From positions 104,346,001 through 104,410,000 of the forward strand of contig OX597823.1 in the NCBI GenBank assembly GCA_951406725.2: DNA of 64,000 nt. The letters are read 5' to 3'. A model generated the notes under the pieces. The model ran no database searches and was not told where the DNA came from. It saw only the letters and a program-made list of their open reading frames with translations. Of the stretch, positions 54,330 through 64,000 are shown piece after piece. The position numbers and the translations under genes are program-made. The stretch's first letter is position 1. Every line of letters starts with the position of its first letter. The DNA is from Octopus vulgaris (lineage: Eukaryota).

Positions 54330-55225
54330 CCATCACATGCCAGGGGAAGAAACTAGAAATAGTTGATAGCTTCCGCTATCTAGGTGACCAAGTCTGTAGT
54401 GGAGGTGGATGCTCAGAGAGCATTGCCACTAGAATAAGAATAGCCTAGGCAAAGTTCAGAAAGCTCCTACCCCTACTGGTAACAAAGGGCCTCTTGCTCA
54501 GAGTGAAAGGGAGATTGTATGATGCATGTGTGCGAACTGCCATGCTACACAACAGGGAAACATGGGCCATGACTGCTGAAGACATGCGTAGGCTTGAAAG
54601 AAATGAAGCTAGTATGATCTGTTGGATGTGTAATGTCAGTGCGCACACACTACAGAGTGTAAGCACCCTGAGAGAAACGTTGGACATAAGAAGCATCAAA
54701 TGTGGTATGCAAGAGAGACAACTATGCTGGTATGGTCATGTACTGCATATGGATGAGGAGAGCTGTGTGAAGAAGTGTCACTCCCTAACAGTGGAAGGAA
54801 CCTATGGTAGAGGGAGACCCAGGAAAACATGAGATGAGGTGGTGAAGCATGGCCTTCGAATGTTGGGCCTCACAGAGGCAATGACGAAAGACTGAGACTT
54901 CTGGAGGTATGCTGTGATTGAGTAGACTCGGCAAGTAAAGTGAGATCACAGCCGCTGCCTACACCAATACCTTTGAATCATCGGGTGACATTCCGTGCTT
55001 GAGGAGAACTATCGAGTCAAGTAAAATCAAAATCAAATAGAATTGTAGTTGTGCCACCTGACTGGCTCCCTTGCTGGTGGCACCAGTGCTGCCTAACTGG
55101 CTCCCTGTGCCGGTGACACATAAAAAGCACTCACTACACTCTCGCAGTGGTTGGTATTAGGAAGGGCATCCAGCTGTAGAAACACTACCAGATCAGAATG
55201 GAGCCTGATGTGGCCTCCTGGCCAT
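54330..55225 (+). mobile_element. RTE-clade LINE 3' coding end plus 3' UTR
   Basis: VDSFRYLGD…VKGRLYDACVRTAML…WYGHVLHM…GRGRPRKT; probably continues the 52220-52925 piece. Confidence 0.88.
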
Positions 55226-58200
55226 TAAAAGATCATGAGGAGGTGGCATGATGGGGTTTTTTACCCTTGGATGCCCTTCCTTTTTCCAACCAATTTACAT
55301 CATATACTGGACATCTTTTATCATACCACTGGCAGCAGAAAGGTTGCTTTCTACCTACCCTGTAGCAGTTTTTATTTGGAGTTACTGGTCTCCTACACAG
55401 ATTATCTTCCCTACAGACTGGAGAGTCCATGTTACCGCCTGCAGTCCAAGTGGTAATCAACTACAAACACAAGAGTACAGGGGAAAGGGGATATATAATT
55501 TCCCCTACTCTACTGGTACTTAATTTAACCAACACTGGAAGATGAGAGGCCAAGTCATTCTTAGAAGAATTTAATAATACTGACTTCTAAACTAGAAATA
55601 AAGTCATAATTTTGAGCAAGTGTGCTGTGTATTACATAGAAGCTTGTACATGACTGGTCCTTATTCTCTTTAATCCCAAGATGGACAGAAAATTAACCAT
55701 AGAGGGATTTGAACTCAGAAGTCATATTAAACATGGCTGTGTAGTAAGAAGCTTGCTTCCCAACCACATGGTTCCAGGTTCAGTCCCACTGCATAGCATC
55801 CTGGCCAAGTATCTTCTACTATAGCCTTGTGAGTGGATTTGGTAGACAGAAACTGAAAGAAGCCCATTGTATATATATATTTGTGTGTGTGTGTGTTCCT
55901 GCCATCACTTGACAACCGATGCTGGTGTGTTTATGTGCTTGTAACTTAGCCATTTGGCAAAAGAGACCAATAGAATAAGTACTAGGCTTACAAAGAATAA
56001 GTCCTGGGGTCAATTTGTTTGACTAAAACCCTTAAAGGTGGTGTTCCAGCATGGCCGCAGTCAAATGAATAAAACAAATAAAAGAATAATTTCTCTAAAA
56101 CAACAAACACAAAACTCAAATATCCAAAGACTAGAATTGAGAACTGAGCATGGATTTCTCATATAACAAGTGAAGATACCACTACACCACAGAAGACAAT
56201 GGGTAGTTTGGTGTACTAATTGCGTGACACTCTATTGTATTTGTATTTAAAATGCCAAAAACTCTCCTGAGGAGTTTTCCCCTCAGTCTTATATTATGTA
56301 AATAATGTGGTTGCTTTGTTTCTACTGAGGATATTTTTGCATCTTATTGCGTCATTCACCTAGGGCTACTCAAAAGAAAATCACAATATCAAACTACTGG
56401 AGTTTCACTAGTGAATGACATTAGTAAAAAAAAATCTCTGTGATTATAAACAGGGAAACTAGTTGTAGTGTCGATTGCCTTCCTCTTAAGGTCATCGGGA
56501 ACTTACTGGGTTGTAGTAATGTAAAAATATTTGGAAGGGTGGGGAGCTTTTAAGAGCTAGAGCTAGAATAGTTTATTCTTTTTGCATCTGCATTAAATCT
56601 TTGGGAAAATACATTACAAATCTTTCTATTATAAATGAAATGTATATCTTCATTTGAGGATATTCAGTACAGGTAGTAGCCATTGCATAAGTATCAATGT
56701 CTGTATCTACTTTCATTCATCACAAGATTTCATTTTTCATTTCAATAACTATTATAATAGGAAATAACCCAAAACATTGGCTTTTTCTTTTTCGTTATAA
56801 TTTTGATTTGTGTCTTATACCCCATGAAACTGAGATAATAAAGTAACCATGAGGCAGACAATTACAACCACTTCATCATCATTATCATTTAAGATCCATT
56901 CTCCATGCTGGCAAGGGCTGGATAGTTCAATAGGAGCTGGTGATCCAGAGGACAGCACCAAGTTTTACTGTCTGCTTTGGCATGGTTTTGATAGCTGGAT
57001 GCCCTTCCTAATGCCTAACACTATAAAGTGTGCTGGGTGCATTTTATGAGACCAAGTACCTTTATGAGGTAACTAAGTAACTTGAAAGACCCTTCAACTG
57101 GGGGAGGGGTGGTATTGAGAGAGGTGGCCTTGTGCCAGGTGATGGGAGGTTAGGGTATATTTTTCTTTACTGCCCACAAGGGGCTAAACATAGAGGGGAC
57201 AAACAAAGACAGACAAAGGGATAAAGTTGATTACATTGACCCCAGTGCGAAACTGGTACTTAATTTATCGACCCCGAAAGGATGAAAGGCAAAGTCGACC
57301 TCAGCGGAATTTGAACTCAGAATGTAATGACAGACGAAATACCTATTTCTTTACTACCCACAAGGGGCTAAACACAGAGGGGACGAACAAGGACAGACAA
57401 ACGGATTAAGTCGATTACATCGACCCCAGTGCGTAACTTGTACTTAATTAATCGACCCCAAAAGGACGAAAGGCAAAGTTGTCATCAGTGGAATTTGAAC
57501 TCAGAACGTAACGGCAGACGAAATACAGCTACGCATTTCGCCCAGCATGCTAACGTTTCTGCCAGCTCGCCGCCTTGATGGGAGGTTAGAGTATAACAGA
57601 CGGACAGAGACAGCTGTTTTGCAATACATACATGGCTACCTCACTTGGAAAAAGGGATGAAGGGGAGAGAAAGAGAGAGGAAGAACTTCCCCCTTTCTAT
57701 ATTTTAATTCTGCTACCATATTATATAAGGACTGCAGGGCATGACTGTAATTTTTAGAAGTCTGCTTCCCAATCACATGGTTTCCAATTCGGTCCCATTG
57801 CATGGCATCTGAGGCCAAGTTTTGCTTCCTATAGCGCCGGGCTGGAAACTGAAAAAGAAGCATGTGTGAGGCTGTTTACATTTGTCTAAAGACAACTCAG
57901 CAGCCAACATTTCCAATCAATGACTTGTCTGTTGGTTTTGCACCTTCGTAAATGTGTGGACTAAGATACTCTGTACTCGATAAACAAGGGTTTGTGACAT
58001 AAAAGGGCATCCGGTTATAAAACCATTTCAGCATTAAAAAGATTTTATTTATTATTATTAGCGATCCTTCAATATTGGTATCCGAAAGAACATACATACA
58101 CACACACATATACATACAAGTCTTCCTGTCTCCATGCTACCGATGTTGGCCAAGGGCTGATGCAGCTATGTCCCTGTATCGTTACAGGCATTGCCGGCAG

Positions 58201-58348
58201 AATAAAAAGATAGACAAAGCCAACCTGAGAGATAGAACAGAAACAATGAAGAAAAACAAGTTTGAATGTACAAACGAGCGGTGAAAACATGTAGCAGAGT
58301 TTTCTTGTTTTCCTTTTTTTTTTTAATCGCGCGATGGAATGGTGCTTC

Positions 58349-58615
58349 TGTTTCGAATAAAACAATACACCACATATTCACATATATTTAAATGTTCACC
58401 ACCCTATGTATATATAAATATATATATATATTGTTGCTTATTTTGATTATAATCACCCCATTTGATTTATATGGATAATACCATACCAAATTCTGGTGCC
58501 TTTAACTTAAGTACCATATTCATCTGAATCTAAATTTTTATTGAACTTATATATATATAGGGTGGTGAACATTTAAATATACGTGAATGTGTTGTGTATT
58601 GTTTTATTCGAAACA
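58349..58615. repeat. Long inverted repeat/hairpin (~70-bp arms), MITE-like
   Basis: TGTTTCGAATAAAACAATACAC…ATTTAAATGTTCACCACCCTAT versus ATAGGGTGGTGAACATTTAAAT…GTGTATTGTTTTATTCGAAACA. Confidence 0.85.
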
Positions 58616-60284
58616 TATATATGTGTGTGTGTGTGTGTGCATACACACAGCTAGAATACGTGGGGTGCGCGCAGTTAAGGAGGCGAACGAGGGAGCTCTT
58701 ATGTAATCACTCGAGCGGCTAGAAATAGCAATGGAATCTCTCTCAAATAACATTCCACAGTCATTAAAAAAAAAACATACATATTGTCTAATGTAGTCCA
58801 AGAGATGTTTGAAAAAAATGACAAGACGGCCACTGCTGGAACGCCTATGATTACAGCTCTACATGGCCAACAACAAAGGTAAGCGTAAATATAAACATAA
58901 TAGAGAAATGTCAAGAAACACAAGCACACCGTCGGCTCCACCACCCCTGCACACTGAGGGCAACCTTGCACTCAGCTAGAATAACATCTACATTTTCCCC
59001 TTCAAAGAACACTGCAGAGTTAAACAAAGGAAGTGCATATTGGAGATAGTTACAGGTGGAAAGCCTTTGGTCGGGGGCTTACTCGATCAGTTCGATCTTG
59101 GGATTGAATAGTAATAAATTAGTAAAACAAAGGCAAGTCTGCTGGGGAAACAAATTGTCAAAAATAACATGGAACATATATGAGTGCGTCCGTGTGTGTA
59201 GGGAATATATTATGTCAAGACTGGACGATCGTACTTATGAGATTACAGCATTCCAATCGTGACCATCACGTCTTTTTATTATTTTTTTGCTTTTGTTTCA
59301 TTGTTTAATCTTGTATACACGCAAAACCCTCACGACACACATTTTTTGTTTTGTCCTGTACTGTTCGTGTTTTTCTTAATGTAAACTATTTGTGGTTAAT
59401 AAAGAAATCATCATCATCATTATTATTATTCTCAGACAATGTATCTAGAAAGACACTGTCCGCGATGTCTTGTAATTTAAACCATGTAATTTAAAAACAG
59501 ATTATACTCAGACACAAATTATCAAGGGCTTCCTAGCAGGTGTTCATTCTCTATGTTATTTTATATATTTAGAACTACAGCATCTAATGTATCCCTCTAT
59601 TTCTCAGACAATAGGATGTGATCTGAGGGGAATTTGACTGTTTTGTCTAGCAGAACGACTGATCAGGCAGAAAACACTCCTCTTTGGTTCGTGTTATTGA
59701 TGAGTGTTTGTTGTCTAAGTTTGTTTCTAGTTAGCAAACAGTATTATAAATACGTAAATATGTGTTTAAATGTAGGTGTGACGGATGTTAAGGGCGAAAG
59801 TAAAGAATACATACACCCGTTGTTTAGGGTTGCGGTTAAGGGTTTAGTGTTAGAGTTAGGGTTTAGTGTTTGGGTTTTTACGCCAAAAAACAGGTGGTGT
59901 ACGTATTCTTTACCTCCGCCGGATGGATGTCCATACGTGTGTGTTCAGACGAGGCAATAAAATAAGATGTACTTTATATTACAAAGACTTTAATTGGTAA
60001 ATTTTTATTTTTACCCTCGTCACCAAACTCTGAATAACCATTTAGAAGGAAAACAAGAAAGTAGGGAGTTGTTGCCTTTTGTAAAAAAAAAATTTTTTTA
60101 ATTTGTCCCCAAAATTATTCTGGTTAACCATTAATCTTTTGTTTTTTTTTTGGGGGGGGGGGGTCACCCCCCCCTGCAATTTCGTGCCTCTTCCATGGAT
60201 TTTCACTATTACACCTATTTCAGTGACAGGTGTAATTGTAAGACAAATACCGTTTAACTATATGCAAGCAGCCACTACAATCTT

Positions 60285-60315
<31 letters not shown>

Positions 60316-60730
60316 GAAGCCAACAGAAGATGTGTTTCTACACGCACATTGTATAATTATTGTCTTTAGAAGAAAAAAAATTAAAAATCAATTAAACATG
60401 ATTGCGATGGCCAGCATGGCCTTTGTTGGAACAGCCAAAACAAAGTACAGAACATACATTATATATATTTAGCATATGTACACAAATAGGGAAATGTATA
60501 CACAGACGAAGTCGACAAGGCATCACAGAGAGCAGAAATTATAGAGAAGCAACAATTAAGACAACGGAACAGACGACATTTCTCTTAAGATATGTAACCA
60601 TGTCATTAGAAAAACTGGAAGCGAATGTTTCCTTCGTTCCCTTTCACATGGCATGGAAAAGAAACGGGGATAGTGTTTAGAGCCGTCCCAAGTTTCATTT
60701 GTATGGTTTTTTATTATATAATCGACTTAC

Positions 60731-60794
60731 CAAATTGTAGTAAAATAGTTGAAATGATCAACAGAGTAAATAACTTCCGACGCGGTGTGGCCAT
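60731..60794 (-). CDS. Exon 1 of Shisa-like TM gene: signal peptide MATPRRKLFTLLIISTILLQF(V)
   Basis: ATG in AAG-ATG-G context at 60794, 21 codons of basic n-region plus hydrophobic h-region, perfect donor G|GTAAGT. Phase 1 matches the exon 2 acceptor and completes the signal peptide (…LQFVVEFCDA|RR). Confidence 0.85.
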
Positions 60795-60900
60795 CTTGGA
60801 TGATTTGTTTTCTTTCTCGAAAAAGAAAGAGAGACAGACAGAAAGAGAGAGAGAGAGAGAAAAGATTGACAATATAAAGTGTGCGGAAGGATATCAAACG
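60770..60900 (-). promoter_or_regulatory. Probable promoter/5' end of the gene with a YY1-type motif overlapping the start codon
   Basis: CAAGATGGCC (YY1-like) spans the ATG; CGGAAG ETS-like cores near 60775 and 60884; (CT)n tract upstream; CpGs are visibly more frequent at ~58.2-61.5 kb than in the gene body. Confidence 0.45.
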
Positions 60901-61869
60901 TAGTAAATAAGGCAACCTTATTGCTCCTGCAATGTGCATGCTAAATTAACGCACTATTTGCGAATGTACTTATAGATCCATCAGACATTGATTGTTTATA
61001 TTTTTATATTTTGTCTGCTTATTTGACATTTTTTTATGCTATTCAGTCTCATATTAATTACGAAAAGCAATACCTCTGGCCTATTTTTGTAAATATGTAT
61101 TTATATTAGACATATACATATATATTAACACTCATACATACATATATATATATATATATATAAACAAATTTAGTAGGGTATCATATAGGTATGTACAGAG
61201 TTTTCCGAGCATGTGCTGGAGAATATGTGAAGTACAACATTAACTGAGTGAAGTTAGGGCAGTTCTTGCTTCGTTGATGGTTAACAGAAAGGGAAAACAT
61301 GAACATAATGATATTTTAATGTAGTGTCATTGTCCTGCTGTTGCTGCAATCGCACTTTTATCAGACCTATAAATAGATTTGGCAGAATCGCAGAACGTCC
61401 GATAAAAAATAATCGCGGTATTTAGTTACAGCAGTTCCTTGTGTTCATCCTTCCGGGACAGATCGATAACGTAAAATCGGATAGTAAAAGATGAATTTAT
61501 AGTCCGCTAAAGGAATGCCTCTCAAAGGGGATAGTATTGCACACTGGGTGGAGGCACTGGAAAATTTTATATGGCCACTGGAGCAAAAAGAAACTAAGGG
61601 GGCAACAGAAGGACCTGCGCAATTTTTCTTTTTTTGTTTTTTTTTTGTTTTTGTTTGCCCTTTCAATCATAATCATCCTCATCATCATTTAGCGTCTGCT
61701 TTCCATGTTGGCATGAGTTAGACGGCTTCACTGAAACTCGTAAGCTGGAGAGCTTCACCAAGTTCCAGTCTGATTTGGCATGGTTTCTGTGGCTGGATGC
61801 CTTTCCTAATGCCAATCACTCCAAGCATGTAATGGGTGCTTTTTATGTGGTTTGAACCCACTTTACATC

Positions 61870-63210
61870 AGTGATCACTGATTCTACCCAGCCAAGCATG
61901 GTGGCCAAATTGCTTCAGATTTTGATGCTGCTAGCATCGCAACATATGGTCCCATTCTCCAATTTGGCCACATACCAGTTCCCTCTTCCTGGGTCATCTG
62001 CTCTAGGATCTCCCACATCATTGCCACCAGCCCCTCTCCCATTTTCTCTTCCCAGTTTGCCCCTTCTGCTCATCTCTTGATGTAGCTGCTGCATGCTGTC
62101 CACAGCCACCCTGTGATTGGGTAGTGTCCCATGAGACTCCCATACTTGAGAATAGCTCCCTCCCACTGACGCTGGTACCCAGTTCCAGGATCTCGTTCCC
62201 CCTCCGGAACACCAATGAACCTGTTTTGTCTCTTTGAAGCTTGAGTCCCAGTGTGGCTCCTCCAACCATTGGCTCTGGTGACTTCACGATCAGCCTGAAC
62301 ACCATGAGGTGACTTACAACCGCTGTGGCAGACACTACAGTCTCATCTACCAAGATGTCATCTATATAGGAATTGGTAGCCCTTCTTATCCTGTCCACCT
62401 TTCCCAGGATAGACTTCAGCACTGTTGCCATGATCTTCAGTGCGGAATTTGGCCGGCAACCCAACCTAGTCAAACAGTATGTCTGGCCCTTGTATCACAC
62501 CAGCTGATACTGCCAGTTTCTTGTTCACATGGAGCTGCAAAAATTCCGACTTCAAGTCAACAATCATTGCTGCTCTTGTCATCTGTCTCCACTTGCTCAG
62601 TGTCTCACCACAAACACCAGTCACCTCACCATTTGTGTGGCACAATACATGGCCATTCATCTCCCAAAAGTCCAGTACTGGCCTGACTTTGCCCTTTGTT
62701 GGCTGCACCACTGCCATTAGTGGTAGCACTCCGCTCACCACCTCCTCCTTCCACAGGATAAGGACACCCTCCTTAATCCACCTCTCTACCTCTCCTTCAA
62801 ACTCACACCTAGCATGTCCCTTCAAGATATGATGGTAGCAGCTCAGCCTGTTCTTTGGCATCGGGGTCTCCCCTTTCCAACACCATTCTACCATCCACCA
62901 CTGACTGTCGAACACCACCCGAAGATCTTTGTCCTCAACAAAGTAAGCAGTACAGTTCCTCACAGAGCTCTGCTCCCTCTCATGTTGCAGACTCATGGTG
63001 CATGACACCCTTGCACTACCAAACAAAACCATGTCTCCACCAACACTGATACCTCCAAGGCAGTTGATTGCATATATCCCCATCACCACGTTAATTCTAT
63101 CTACCACATGGTCAATCACAATCGCCTGCAACCTCAGTGTCATGCCTTGCACCACAATCTCCACATCACTGCTACCCTTACAGCCAATCTAGTTGCCATC
63201 AATCACCTGA
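61870..63210 (-). mobile_element. Decayed Ty3/Gypsy-like pol (protease C-terminal half and RT)
   Basis: PLMAVVQPTKGKVRPVLDF…IVDLKSEFLQLHV…LTRLG…SYIDDILV across frameshifted ORFs 62466..63164 and 62018..62473. Confidence 0.85.
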
Positions 63211-64000
63211 AAACCACTCATCCATTTCCATTTCCATTTTTTTTATCACCCTAAAGCATGAACATAAGAAGCTTCAAACCAGAACCAAACTATATCACCA
63301 GTCTATGACTATGTATAAACAGTGAAAAAACTACTTTCTGGTATGCCATGCCACAATGATGCATTCATAAGAATATATTCAATTATGAATTGGAAGCAGT
63401 GCTAGTGTTCTAAACATTATCAAATGCACATACTCAATGCATATGTTTTGCTGGTTTGCTGTGTTTAAGTACCTGGAGGATGACATCATTGCACTGGATG
63501 TTAAAACACCTAAAAATCACAGACTTTCGTCTCCATTTCAATTCAGGTACATGATATTGATAAGCCACAAAAATGGTGAAATATCAGTATCCATCATTCC
63601 TGAATGGAGCCTGGGATGAGTTGTCTGTCCTGCCTGTCTTTGAGTTTCAGATGTTTTAACATCCAGTGCAATGAAGGGCTCATTCTTCAGGCACTTTACT
63701 GCAGTGAGCCATCGAACAAGTAAAACATATACATTGAGTATGTCTGATTGATAATGTATACACACACACACACACACATACACACACACACACGTGCACA
63801 CACAAATCCTTTGCTTTATGGAAGTAATGTATCCCTGAAAATCTGACCCTAATTAATCAAGTGAGATTTATCAAGTGAGATTTGCATTCCTACAGATTTA
63901 TTTGAAAAAAAAAAAAAAGGGGCACAAGAAAACAAAACAGAACAAGCAACATGATCCCTTTCGTACATGGAAATAACATTTTCTAAACATACACAGTACA

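Noticed and set aside
59820-59880. Telomeric TTAGGG repeats
   Set aside because: Only a few degenerate units inside an interspersed repeat; not a telomere.

Overview
AT-rich, microsatellite- and retroposon-dense eukaryotic genomic DNA. The repeat families look cephalopod, most likely Octopus; this is from recognition, not a database search. One spliced minus-strand gene can be built by hand across almost the whole window: complement(join(2805..2830, 4635..4697, 9521..9649, 14139..14260, 16534..16681, 23418..23669, 60731..60794)), 804 nt, 267 aa, all introns GT-AG with consistent phases and a ~37-kb first intron. The product is a type-I membrane protein of the Shisa-like six-cysteine (STMC6) kind: signal peptide, Cys domain C-x17-C-x11-CC-x7-CC, TM helix, juxtamembrane Cys and a Pro/Tyr-rich tail. 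It also has an unusual, separately encoded Arg/Ser-rich plus hydrophobic N-terminal module reminiscent of Shadoo/PrP architecture. The introns hold decayed CR1 and RTE LINEs, Gypsy, Tc1/mariner, Helitrons, MITEs and tRNA-derived SINEs. Less obvious are two different tandem repeats carrying Penelope/retrozyme-type minimal hammerhead ribozyme motifs, and a 15-unit 67-bp structured array inside a pair of near-perfect ~128-bp inverted repeats. Nearly all ORFs in the supplied track are spurious or TE-derived. No CRISPR array, rRNA or intact tRNA gene was found.
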